NCBI GenBank assembly: GCA_036004705.1
Contig: DASYRF010000266.1
Coordinates: 1 to 63,044, forward strand
Source: Myxococcota bacterium
GTDB lineage: Bacteria > Myxococcota_A > Polyangia > DASYRF01
Direction: 5' to 3'
Length of the DNA: 63,044 nt
Every line of letters starts with the position of its first letter. Within the stretch, counting starts at the first letter, position 1. The notes below the pieces were generated by a model that made no database searches, had not been told where the DNA came from, and saw nothing but the letters and a program-made list of their open reading frames with translations. This document shows, piece by piece, positions 49,546 through 58,799 of the stretch. Both the position numbers and the translations under genes were made by a program.

Positions 49546-52533
49546 TTGCCGTGGACGGCTGAGGAGCTGGAGCTGCTGGAGGTCTTCCGCCCGGAGGCAG
49601 AAGGCTACCTCGCGCGGCTGCGCGCCGGGGCGACGCCGGCAGAGGCGGCCGCCATCCTGCACAACTTCAAGGGCGCCGCGGGCACCGTGGGACTGACGGC
49701 GCTGGCGCAGCGCGCCGCGGCGATCGAAGCCCGCGCCAAGGCGGGTGAGGCGCCGGCCGAGCCCGACCTGGCGGCGCTGGAGGCGCTGCTGCGCGGTGTA
49801 GACGAGGCCGCCCCGTCCGAGGCCAGCGCCACGAAACCAACGACGGCGGCGACGTTGAGTCCCCCGAGCCCCGGCCCGAGCCCGCGCCCGAGCCTCGGGG
49901 CCGGCGCGACGGCGCCGGTGCCCGCGGCGTCCCTGCCTTCCCTTTCAACCTTCCTCCCCTCGTCCACCGACCCGCAGGGCGACGACAGCGCAATGATGGC
50001 GGAGCTGCGCGGCGTTTTCGTCGTGGAGGCGCGCGAGCACCTCGAGGCGATGAACGCGGCCATGATGCGGCTGGAGGCGAACCGCGCGGACCGGACCCCG
50101 CTACAAGAGCTGCTGCGTAAGACGCACACCATCAAGGGGGCCGCGGGTGCGGTCGGCCTCGCGGCGGTCGGGACCTTCGCGCACCGCATGGAGGACGCGC
50201 TGGCCGCGGTGAACAAAGGAAAGCTCGAGTTGGACGCGCAGGTCTTCGACCGCTTCCTGGCCGCCAACGACATCCTCACGGCCATGGTGGAGCTCGTCGC
50301 TTCCGGCCAGACGCCCGAGCTGCCCGCCCGCGACGACGACCCGCTGCACGACATCTTCTTCGTGGGCGCCGTGGTGACGACCGCGGCTTCCGACGCGCCC
50401 GCCCCCGTGCTGCCTTTCGCGCCGGTGTCGGGGTCCTTGCCGGCGACGCCCGCCGCGCCGGCGGCACGCTTGTCGGGGCGCGTGGCCGCGGCGATGGGGC
50501 TCTCGCTGTCCGGCCTGGGCGCTCGTCCCGCCGTCGGCCCGCCGCCGCCGGCACGCGCCCCGATGCCCGTGCCGCCTGCCGCCGGGTTGGAGACCACCGG
50601 CGTCCTCGACGGCGAAACCGGGGAGCACGACGACGAGCGCGCCATCACCACGAGTGACGAGCTCTCCGTGACGGGCACAGGTGACTTCACCACCAGCGGC
50701 GGGACGGGCGACTTCTCCGAGGAAGGCGTCCCCGCCGCCGATCGGCGCCGGCGCGTCGACCGCCGGCTGGAGAAAGAGGTCGTGCGCGTCGACCTCGCCC
50801 GTGTCGATGCGCTGCAAGGGACGCTGGGCGACCTGGTGATCGGGCGAAACCGCGACGACCTGCACGTCGCGGACCTGAAGGCGCTCTCCAGCGACCTCGT
50901 CAGCGGGCGGCGACGACTCGTCGCACAGATCGAGCTGATCCGTGCCCTGCACCAGGGGGCGCGAGAGGAGCCGGGCCGTGACCCGCAGGAGGTGCTGCAG
51001 GTCGTGGCCGACCACGAGCGGCGCCTGGTGGAGTTCGATACGCGCCTCAACGGCTCGCTCGCGCAGCTCGAGCGGCTCATCGCCGTGATGATCGAGGACG
51101 GCGAGAGCCGCCGCCGCGCGCTCAACGACATGGAGCAGCAGATCAGCTCCGTGCGCATGATGTCGGTGCGCTGGCTTTACACCCGCCTGCAGCGGCCGAT
51201 CCGCGACGCCGCCCGCCAGATGGGCAAGGAAGCGCAGCTCGTCACCGAGGGTGACGACGTGGAGCTGGACAAGAGCGTGGTGGACCAGATCTCCGACCCG
51301 CTGGTGCACCTGGTGCGCAACGCGGTGGCGCACGGCATCGAGCCGGCCGACGTGCGTGTGCGCCGCGGCAAGCCGCGGGTCGGCACGGTGCGCGTATCGG
51401 CGCGCCGGCTTGGCGGCTCCATCATCATCGAGGTCGGTGACGACGGCGGCGGCATCGATCCCGGGCGCATTCGCGCCGCCATGGTGCGCGCCGGCCTGGC
51501 GTCGAGCGCGCGCGCCGCGCGCCTGCGCGACGGCGAGCTGACCGAAGCGATCTTCTGGCCGGGTGTGTCGACGCGCCACACCGTGGACGACGTGGCCGGG
51601 CGCGGCGTGGGGTTGGACCTGGTGCGCGCCAACGTCGAGGCCGTGGGTGGCTCCATCGAGCTCAAGACCAAGCTCGGTGAGGGCACGACGTTCATCATTC
51701 GCCTGCCGCAGACGCTGATGATCCTGCCGGCGCTGATGGTGCAGGCCGGAGGCCAGCAGTTCGCCGTGCCGATGCTGGCGGTGCGGGCGGTGACGCGCAT
51801 CGGCCCCGACGACGTGAGGGCCCCGTCCGGCGAAACCGAGGAACGTATCCTATTCCGCCGCGAGCGCATCGCGGTGCATCGCCTGGAGCGGTTGCTCGGG
51901 CTGCCGGCGGCGCGCGCCGCGGTCCGTCCGGCGGTGGTGCTGGAGGGTGACGCCGGCCCTTATGCGCTGGTCGTCGACGCCCTCCTCGGCCGGCAGGAGA
52001 TCGTCGTGAAGAACCTCGGCCAGCTCCTCTCCGGCCTGCGCGCCTTTGCCGGCGCCACGCTCACCGGAACCGGGCGCATCTGCCTCATCCTGGACGCGGC
52101 GACGCTGCACCGCCATCGCGCCGCCGCCGCCGCGCTGCGGCCCGAAGAGCGGCGCACGCCGCTCGTGCTGCTGGTCGACGATTCCACGTCCATCCGCGAA
52201 GCGCACAAACGCATCTTCGCCGCCGCCGGATACCGCGTGCAGACCGCCGCCGACGGACTGGAGGCGTGGGACTTCCTGCGCGCCGGCGACGTTGACCTCG
52301 TCATCACGGATCTGGAGATGCCTGGCATGAGCGGCTACGATCTGCTCGATCGCGTGCGCCGCAGCCCGCGCCACCGTGGCCTGCCCGTTATCGTGCTGTC
52401 GGGGCTATCGTCGGACGACAACAAGCGCATCGCCCGCGAGAAGGGCGCGCGCGATTATCTGGTGAAGCCGGTCAACCGGAAGGTCGTCCTCGAGCGCGCC
52501 GCCGAGGTCCTGGGCCACCCTTCCCCGGCTTGA
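49546..52533 (+). CDS. cheA: Hybrid CheA/ChpA histidine kinase (2 Hpt, HATPase, CheW, REC)
   Basis: LHNFKGAAG and THTIKGAAG Hpt motifs, HLVRNAVAHGIE, DDGGGID, GRGVGLDLV, P5, and REC (VDDS, ITDLEMP, KPV). Confidence 0.93.
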   Translation: MPWTAEELELLEVFRPEAEGYLARLRAGATPAEAAAILHNFKGAAGTVGLTALAQRAAAIEARAKAGEAPAEPDLAALEALLRGVDEAAPSEASATKPTTAATLSPPSPGPSPRPSLGAGATAPVPAASLPSLSTFLPSSTDPQGDDSAMMAELRGVFVVEAREHLEAMNAAMMRLEANRADRTPLQELLRKTHTIKGAAGAVGLAAVGTFAHRMEDALAAVNKGKLELDAQVFDRFLAANDILTAMVELVASGQTPELPARDDDPLHDIFFVGAVVTTAASDAPAPVLPFAPVSGSLPATPAAPAARLSGRVAAAMGLSLSGLGARPAVGPPPPARAPMPVPPAAGLETTGVLDGETGEHDDERAITTSDELSVTGTGDFTTSGGTGDFSEEGVPAADRRRRVDRRLEKEVVRVDLARVDALQGTLGDLVIGRNRDDLHVADLKALSSDLVSGRRRLVAQIELIRALHQGAREEPGRDPQEVLQVVADHERRLVEFDTRLNGSLAQLERLIAVMIEDGESRRRALNDMEQQISSVRMMSVRWLYTRLQRPIRDAARQMGKEAQLVTEGDDVELDKSVVDQISDPLVHLVRNAVAHGIEPADVRVRRGKPRVGTVRVSARRLGGSIIIEVGDDGGGIDPGRIRAAMVRAGLASSARAARLRDGELTEAIFWPGVSTRHTVDDVAGRGVGLDLVRANVEAVGGSIELKTKLGEGTTFIIRLPQTLMILPALMVQAGGQQFAVPMLAVRAVTRIGPDDVRAPSGETEERILFRRERIAVHRLERLLGLPAARAAVRPAVVLEGDAGPYALVVDALLGRQEIVVKNLGQLLSGLRAFAGATLTGTGRICLILDAATLHRHRAAAAALRPEERRTPLVLLVDDSTSIREAHKRIFAAAGYRVQTAADGLEAWDFLRAGDVDLVITDLEMPGMSGYDLLDRVRRSPRHRGLPVIVLSGLSSDDNKRIAREKGARDYLVKPVNRKVVLERAAEVLGHPSPA

Positions 52534-54952
52534 CGCCGCGACCGCCGCCGCCCCCGCTGCCGGCGCCTCCACGACCGTCGCCACGCCCGCCGTGGGAGGC
52601 GTGCCGCTCGCCGCGCCGCTCCTTGCCGCCGCCCTGCCGCTCGGCGGGATCGTGCTCCAGGAGGGCGAGCTCGATGCGGCGGCGCGTGAGACTGACGTCA
52701 GCGATGCGGACCTGCACGCGGTCGCCGAGCGAGAAAACGTAGCCCGTGCGCGTGCCCACCAGTCGCGCGCCGTTGCCCGCGACCTCGAAGTAATCGCCCT
52801 TCAAGGAGGCGATGGGCACCAGTCCCTCCAGGAACGGGTCGTCAATCTCGACGAACATACCGAACGAGGTGATGGTGGCGATGAGGCCCTCGCGGTCCTC
52901 ACCCAGATGGGCCAGGGCCGCGGAGCAGCGGTAGAGGTCGTTCACGTCGCGCTCTGCGTCCATCGAGCGGCGCTCGCGCCACGAGGCGTGCAGGGCCGCC
53001 TCCGCCAGCTCTTGCACCCGCGCCGGCGGAAGCACCATCCGCGTGCCCGCCGTCCCGGCCGCGCCCGCGGCGGCGCCCGTCCCACTGCCGCCGGGCGCCA
53101 GGATGGAGTAGGGCCAGCCAAGCTCTTCGCGAAGGCGGCGGTGTACGATTAAATCTGGATATCGACGGATAGGCGACGTAAAATGAAGGTAGGTCGGCGC
53201 CGCCAGCCCGAAGTGGCCGACTGCCGCCAGCTCGTAGCGCGCCTGCTTCATGGCGCGCAGCAGCATCCGATGGATGGAGCGCGCCTCTGGCTTCCCCTCC
53301 ACCCGCTCCGCCATCTCCGCTAGGTGGTGCGGGCGGATCTCGTCGGGCACGACGAACGGATGGCCGAGTGCCGCCGCCACCTCCGCGAACTCCAGCAGCT
53401 TCTGCGGATCGGGTGGCTCGTGGATGCGGTACACCACCGGCGCCTCGCGCCGGCGGAAGAAGCGCGCCACCGCCTCGTTGGCGGCCAGCATCATCTCCTC
53501 GACAAGACGGTGCGACGCGCTGCGCGCCCGGCGCCGGATGCCGCGCACGCGCTCCGTGGCGCGGTCCCAGAGGATCTCGGCCTCGGGCAGGTCCAGGTCC
53601 ATCGCGCCGCGGCGCACGCGGAAACGCAACAGCCGGCGGCCGATGTCGTCGAGCCGCCGCAGCCCAGGTGCGAAGTCGGCGGCGCGCCCGGCGCGCGCCT
53701 GCCAGCCCTTCTCCGCCTCGAGCACCTCGTGCACCTGCTCGTAAGTGAGACTAGCGGGCGAGCGCATGACGGCGTCGACGAAGTGCGCGCGCACGACCTT
53801 GCCGGTGGCGTCGATGTCCAGCTCGGCCACGAGTGCCAGCCGGTCCTTGCCTTCGACGAGGCTGCAGATGCCGGCCGACAGCGCCTCGGGCAGCATGGGG
53901 ACGACGCGATCGGGAAAATAGACGCTGTTGGCGCGCTCGCGCGCCTCGCGGTCGACCGGCGACCCCTCGGGCACGTAGTAGCTGACGTCGGCGATGGCAA
54001 CGGCGACGCGGTCGACGTCGCCGTGCGTGCCGACCCACGCAATGGCGTCGTCGTGGTCGCGCGCGTCCCACGGGTCGATGGTGACGAGGTCAAGTGCGGT
54101 CAGGTCGGCGCGTCCCGCGCGGTCCGCGTCGCGCACCTCGGAAGGGACCTGGTGCGCCGCGGCGGCCACTTGGTCGGGGAAACGGTGCGGCAGGCCGTGC
54201 AGGGCCAGTAGTGCCTCCTCTTCGGCCAGCAGGCTCTCGCGGTCCAGCAATCGCACGACGCGTGCGGTCATTCCACCCGCCTCGACGTCGGGTCCGTGCG
54301 AACCCGCGGCGGCGCCGGCGAGCGGCGGTAGCGGCCCCGGCGCCCAAGCGGCCGGACCGCCGGGCAACGTCGGCTCTCCCGGGTAGCGGACGATCTCGGC
54401 CAGCGCCACTTCGCCGCCGTTGACCGCCAGGGTGGGATCTTCGCCCGCCGCGGGCGCATGCTGCGTGTCGGCTAGCAGGCGAATCGGGCCCGGGACGCGC
54501 GGATCGTCGGGATCGAGGAAGAGGTCGCGACCGAGACGTCGCACGGTGCCGGCGACGCGGCGCATGGAGCGGTGCCGCACCGCCAGGATGCTGCCGGTGC
54601 GCTGCTCGCCCGGAACGGCGGCGTAGACCTGCACGTCGACGCGGTCGCCGTGCAAGGCGATGCCCAGGTCCTGGCGCGCGACGAAGACGTCGCCGAGCTT
54701 GGCCTCGCGTGGATCGTCGGCAGAGACAATCGCGTCGCCGCGTTGTAGGACGCGCAACGTGCCGCGCACGACCCCCACCGGTGCCGCGGCGGTGGTGTCG
54801 CCGCGCGCCCGATCGGGGAGGGCAGGGGCACCCCGCGGTCCGCGGGCGCGCGCGCCGCGGCGCTGGGCGCCGTGCGTCTGATCCTGCCGCCCGGCGTGCG
54901 CGGAATCGCGCCGGCCGCCGCGCCCTCCGCTGCGCCGCCCGCGGCCGCTCAC
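52472..54952 (-). CDS. rnr: Ribonuclease R / RNB-family exoribonuclease
   Basis: TIDPWDARDHDDA, AIADVSYYV, SVYFPDRVVPMLP, HFGLA...HFTSPIRRYPDL.VHR, S1 domain. GTG start coupled to the prsW stop (GTGA). Confidence 0.93.
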   Translation of the reverse strand: MSGRGRRSGGRGGRRDSAHAGRQDQTHGAQRRGARARGPRGAPALPDRARGDTTAAAPVGVVRGTLRVLQRGDAIVSADDPREAKLGDVFVARQDLGIALHGDRVDVQVYAAVPGEQRTGSILAVRHRSMRRVAGTVRRLGRDLFLDPDDPRVPGPIRLLADTQHAPAAGEDPTLAVNGGEVALAEIVRYPGEPTLPGGPAAWAPGPLPPLAGAAAGSHGPDVEAGGMTARVVRLLDRESLLAEEEALLALHGLPHRFPDQVAAAAHQVPSEVRDADRAGRADLTALDLVTIDPWDARDHDDAIAWVGTHGDVDRVAVAIADVSYYVPEGSPVDREARERANSVYFPDRVVPMLPEALSAGICSLVEGKDRLALVAELDIDATGKVVRAHFVDAVMRSPASLTYEQVHEVLEAEKGWQARAGRAADFAPGLRRLDDIGRRLLRFRVRRGAMDLDLPEAEILWDRATERVRGIRRRARSASHRLVEEMMLAANEAVARFFRRREAPVVYRIHEPPDPQKLLEFAEVAAALGHPFVVPDEIRPHHLAEMAERVEGKPEARSIHRMLLRAMKQARYELAAVGHFGLAAPTYLHFTSPIRRYPDLIVHRRLREELGWPYSILAPGGSGTGAAAGAAGTAGTRMVLPPARVQELAEAALHASWRERRSMDAERDVNDLYRCSAALAHLGEDREGLIATITSFGMFVEIDDPFLEGLVPIASLKGDYFEVAGNGARLVGTRTGYVFSLGDRVQVRIADVSLTRRRIELALLEHDPAERQGGGKERRGERHASHGGRGDGRGGAGSGGGGGRGVKPGKGGPGPRRRARGRPSG

Positions 54953-55950
54953 GACGGCACCGCCTCAGGTGCGGTCGCGGGACCGCCGGTGAGGCGCGTG
55001 CCGCAGGCGCCGCAGAAGGGGTGGCCGGGCTCCACGCCGGCCTGGCACGCGGGACATTGTGCGGGCGCCGGCGCCGGTGCCGTGCGTGCCGCGGTCGGGT
55101 TCGTCCAGCGCACGCCCATGATCGCGCGCGCCGTCGCCATGGTCATCCGCGGGCGCGGTGCCGGGATCGAGGGGGAGGCCGCCGCGGCCGCGGAAACGGC
55201 GCCGGCAGCCGCTGCGACCGCCGTCGCCGCCGCCGGCACTTCCGCTGCGGCGAGCGCGCCCGTTTCGACGTTCAGGCGGCGGATCAGGCGCATGAGCACG
55301 ATCCACTGCACGGCGACGAGGGGCACGACGCCCAGCAGGAACGTCGCCAGGTGACCGAGCGCGGGATCGAGGCCGATGGCTGCGCCGATGCTGCCGCCGC
55401 CGATCACGAGGAAGTCGTAGAGCCCGTGCGAGAACGCCGCCGCCAGCCACCAGGGGAGCACGCGGCCTCCACGGAACTTCTTGCTGGCCAGGCCATAGCC
55501 CCAGAGTGCGCTGAAGAGCACGTGCCCGGGGACGCTCAGCACCGCGCGCAGCACCAGCGCGCCCGTGCCGAATTCCTGCCCGTAGAAGAGGTTCTCCAGA
55601 GAGGCGAAACCAAGTGCCGCCGCCGCCGCGTAAACGAACGCGTCGATGGGCTCGTCGAACTCCTTGTGGCGATAAACGGTCGCGCGCACAACCAGGAGCT
55701 TGCAGCCCTCCTCGACGGGACCCACCACCACGAAGAACAGCAAGAACAGGCCGCCGATGCTCGTGCGGTCGATGTGCAGCGCGGCGCCGAGGAAGTCGTT
55801 GAGGAATCCTGCGGCGAAGGTGGACACCATGCCGAGAAAGAAAACGAGCGCGACGAGCCGCTTGGGCTCGGGGCGTACGCGGTCGTAGCGAGTGAACCAG
55901 ACGAGCCACAGCACGCCGGGCAGGAACGAGAGGAGCAGCACCGGGCTCAT
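54949..55950 (-). CDS. prsW: PrsW-family intramembrane metalloprotease with C-terminal Zn ribbon
   Basis: RPEPK, GPVEEGCK, GFASLENLFY, GH, HGLYDF, terminal CPAC/CGAC (333 aa). Confidence 0.85.
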   Translation of the reverse strand: MSPVLLLSFLPGVLWLVWFTRYDRVRPEPKRLVALVFFLGMVSTFAAGFLNDFLGAALHIDRTSIGGLFLLFFVVVGPVEEGCKLLVVRATVYRHKEFDEPIDAFVYAAAAALGFASLENLFYGQEFGTGALVLRAVLSVPGHVLFSALWGYGLASKKFRGGRVLPWWLAAAFSHGLYDFLVIGGGSIGAAIGLDPALGHLATFLLGVVPLVAVQWIVLMRLIRRLNVETGALAAAEVPAAATAVAAAAGAVSAAAAASPSIPAPRPRMTMATARAIMGVRWTNPTAARTAPAPAPAQCPACQAGVEPGHPFCGACGTRLTGGPATAPEAVPS

Positions 55951-56009
55951 GCCGGCCGAGTATAGCGGAGTCGCGGCGCGCCCGCGGACACACATGGTAC
56001 GTTGTCGCA
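55951..56009. promoter_or_regulatory. Back-to-back divergent leaderless promoters (prsW / TlpA fusion)
   Basis: Minus TATACT (55959-55964) is 8 nt before ATG 55950. Plus TGgTACGTT (55998-56003) is 6 nt before GTG 56010. Confidence 0.6.
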
Positions 56010-57248
56010 GTGAAGTTGCTTGCGCTGCTCGGGGGAGTGCTGGTCGCCCCGCGGCGCGCCTTTGCGCGCCTTGCCGCCGACGAGCGTGCGCCCACCTGGC
56101 CGGTGCTGGTGCTGCTGGGGGCGGCGTGTATCGTGTCGCTGCCGGTGGCCCTGCTCCAAGAGGCGCTTGTGGCGCGTGTGGGACTGGCGAGCGGCGCGAG
56201 TGCGCTGGCGGAGGTCTTTGCGCGGTGGGCGCTGCTACCGGTGGGCGTCCTCGTGGCGCTTTGGCTGGCCGCGGCGACCTGGCTGCGCGCGCGCACGGGG
56301 CGCCTCGACGGTCGGCGCGCGGTGGGGCTGGCGGCGGCGGCGGGGTGGCTCTACGTGCCGTGGTTCGTGATGCTCGTGCTGGGGAAGGCGAGCGCGGCCG
56401 TCGGCTGGAACGCGACGTGGCTGCCGCACCTGCCCGTGACGCTGGTCGACGGGACGTCGATCACGCGCGTGGCGGTCGGTGTGGCCTGGAGCGTGGCGCT
56501 GCTGCCGGTGCTCGTGAGCGCGGCCGCATCGCCGCCGCCGGCAGTGGCGCCGCCGGGCGCTGGCCAGTCGTCGCCGTCGCCGCAGGAGAGGCGCGCGATG
56601 TGGGCAGGGTTGGCGGTGCTGGCCCTGGCACTCGCCGGTATCGGGCTCGCGGCGCGCGACATGCGCGCCGCATACCCCGCCGTTCGCCCGGTTCTGCGCG
56701 GCGACCTGGCGCCCGACATCGAGCTCCCGTCGCTGGCCGGCCGCAGCGCTCCGCGCATCCGACTGAGCGCCCTTCGGGGCAAGGTCGTCGTCGTCGACTT
56801 CTGGGCGACGTGGTGCGCGCCCTGTGTGCGTTCGCTCCCCGCGCTCGACGCGCTCTACCGCGAGCTGCACGCTGCCGGGCTCGAGGTCGTCGCGGTGAAC
56901 CGCGACAGCCCCACGACGCGCGCCGAGGTCGTGCGCCGCTTCATGACCGAGCACGCGCTCTCCCTGCCCGTCGCGGTGGACGCGCTCGGCACCGCCGCAG
57001 CAGCGTATCGCGTCTCGCGCCTTCCCACGACGTACGTGCTGGATCGCAACGGCGTTGTGGCCGACACGTGGGTCGGCGTCGCCGACGCCGGCGACCTCGG
57101 TCACACCTTGCGGGCGCTCCTCGCCGCGCCGGGCGTGTCCCTCCCGGCACCCGCATTTGCCGCGCCGCCCGCGCCGCTTGCTCCGTCAGTCCCGCCCGCA
57201 TCGCCCGCGCCGCCCGCGCCGGTCACCGCGGCGCCGCCCAAAAGTTGA
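56010..57248 (+). CDS. Multi-TM (Yip1-like) domain fused to TlpA/ResA thioredoxin
   Basis: 5-6 hydrophobic segments, then GDLAPDIEL, RGKVVVVDFWATWCAPC, VSRLPTTYVLDRNG. Confidence 0.85.
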   Translation: MKLLALLGGVLVAPRRAFARLAADERAPTWPVLVLLGAACIVSLPVALLQEALVARVGLASGASALAEVFARWALLPVGVLVALWLAAATWLRARTGRLDGRRAVGLAAAAGWLYVPWFVMLVLGKASAAVGWNATWLPHLPVTLVDGTSITRVAVGVAWSVALLPVLVSAAASPPPAVAPPGAGQSSPSPQERRAMWAGLAVLALALAGIGLAARDMRAAYPAVRPVLRGDLAPDIELPSLAGRSAPRIRLSALRGKVVVVDFWATWCAPCVRSLPALDALYRELHAAGLEVVAVNRDSPTTRAEVVRRFMTEHALSLPVAVDALGTAAAAYRVSRLPTTYVLDRNGVVADTWVGVADAGDLGHTLRALLAAPGVSLPAPAFAAPPAPLAPSVPPASPAPPAPVTAAPPKS

Positions 57249-57279
57249 TTCGCGCGAGGCGGAGTGATATCCCGCGCGC

Positions 57280-58476
57280 ATGTCGCCCCGCGTTCCGCTG
57301 GCAGCGCTGGCCGCCTCTACGCTCTTCGCTCTCTTTGCCGCGATGCAAGCGGCGGCGGGCACGCCGTCGCTGCCGATCGCCCCGCGTCCCACGGTCGCTC
57401 ATTCGCGCACCGGCGCGCCGGCGCCCGCCGCCGCCGAGCCGCCCGTCGCCCCCGCCACCGCTGCGGCGCCGCTGCCCGCGCCCCCCGTTCCGTCCGGCGT
57501 CGCGCGCGTCGATCCCCTCACCGATCTCCCGGTCGCGCCCGACCGCGCCACCGCCGCGCCCCGCGCGCTGCTGGCGGTGATGGTGGAGAACAGCACCGCG
57601 GCGCGTCCACAGTCAGGGCTCGACCGCGCGGGCATCGTCTTCGAGACCTACGTCGAGGGCGGCGTCACCCGCTTCATGACACTCTTCGCCGAGACTGACG
57701 CGGAGGTCATCGGTCCGGTGCGCTCGACGCGCCAGTACTTCGCCAGCTGGGCGTTCGGGTTCGGTGCCCACCTCGGTCACTGCTACGCCAAGCCCACCGG
57801 CTACGCCACTATCAAGCGCCTCGGCGTCATGAGCCTCGATGCCGTACGCGCGGGTGCCGAGTCGGGCTACTACTGGCGCACCAAGACCAAGCCCGGCCCG
57901 CACAACCTGTACGCCTCCACGGAGGCGCTGCGCCGCTACGCCGTCGACAAGAAGAAGTTTCCGGCCGCGCCCGCTGCGCCGCTATGGCCGTTCAAGCCCG
58001 AGGCCGCGCCAGGCGCGCGCGGCGCCGTCGCCCCCATCGACGTCCATTTCAGCGGCAAGGCGTATGACGCGCGTTTCGACTACGACGCCGCCAGCAACAC
58101 CTACCCGCGCAGCATGGCCGGCTCGCCGCACCTCTCTGGCTCGGTGAAGGCGGAGGCTCCCAGCGCCAAGGTGCTCAACGGCGCGCTGCACGACCCCGCG
58201 TCCGCCGTGCGGCTGGCGCCGCGCAACGTCGTCGCACTCGAAATGAAGGCGCGCATCGACGACCCCGAGCTGCTCACGCTGGACATGACCGTAGTGGGCG
58301 GCGGGCGCGCGCTCGTCTTCCGCGACGGGAACGTGGTGGAGGCGGCCTGGAGCCGACCCGCCGAAACGGATCCCTTGCGCATCGTCGACGCCGGCGGCGC
58401 GCCCGTCGCCATGAACTCCGGCCAGACCTGGATCGTGGTGGTGCGCGACCTCAAGGCCATCGGCTATCCGCGCTGA
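57280..58476 (+). CDS. DUF3048-like secreted protein
   Basis: LAVMVENS.AARPQSGL, VEGGVTRF, IGPVRSTR, PHNLY, NGGQTW-like end (NSGQTWIVVV). Confidence 0.8.
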   Translation: MSPRVPLAALAASTLFALFAAMQAAAGTPSLPIAPRPTVAHSRTGAPAPAAAEPPVAPATAAAPLPAPPVPSGVARVDPLTDLPVAPDRATAAPRALLAVMVENSTAARPQSGLDRAGIVFETYVEGGVTRFMTLFAETDAEVIGPVRSTRQYFASWAFGFGAHLGHCYAKPTGYATIKRLGVMSLDAVRAGAESGYYWRTKTKPGPHNLYASTEALRRYAVDKKKFPAAPAAPLWPFKPEAAPGARGAVAPIDVHFSGKAYDARFDYDAASNTYPRSMAGSPHLSGSVKAEAPSAKVLNGALHDPASAVRLAPRNVVALEMKARIDDPELLTLDMTVVGGGRALVFRDGNVVEAAWSRPAETDPLRIVDAGGAPVAMNSGQTWIVVVRDLKAIGYPR

Positions 58477-58566
58477 TGCCGGCAACGCGATGCGCGTTTT
58501 CGAGTGCCGGCACGTCCGTGCAAGCCGCCGAACGTGCCGCGGCTGCTGCCACGCCACGCCGCCGCG

Positions 58567-58595
58567 TTGACACCCGCCCGGCACACTGCTATCGG
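58567..58595 (+). promoter_or_regulatory. Sigma70-type promoter for the tRNA pair
   Basis: TTGACA (58567-58572), 17 nt, weak -10 TATCGG preceded by TGc. Confidence 0.5.
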
Positions 58596-58606
58596 AGAAC
58601 GGGCAC

Positions 58607-58682
58607 GAGCTGTTAGCTCAGCTGGTAGAGCAGCAGACTTTTAATCTGCGGGTCCCGGGTTCGACCCCCGGACAGCTCACCA
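58607..58682 (+). tRNA. tRNA-Lys (anticodon TTT)
   Basis: Acceptor GAGCTGT/ACAGCTC, D arm AGCTCAGCTGGTAGAGC, anticodon arm GCAGA-CTTTTAA-TCTGC, GGTTCGA, CCA end (76 nt). Confidence 0.97.
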
Positions 58683-58704
58683 GGATTCCACCGTCCGCAC
58701 CCCG

Positions 58705-58782
58705 GTCCCCATCGTCTAGCCCGGCCCAGGACACCGGCCTTTCACGCCGGTAACGCGGGTTCGAATCCCGCTGGGGACACCA
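58705..58782 (+). tRNA. tRNA-Glu (anticodon TTC)
   Basis: Acceptor GTCCCCA/TGGGGAC, anticodon arm CCGGC-CTTTCAC-GCCGG, GGTTCGAATCC, CCA end. Confidence 0.97.
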
Positions 58783-58799
58783 CTACGTCCGCGATGTGA

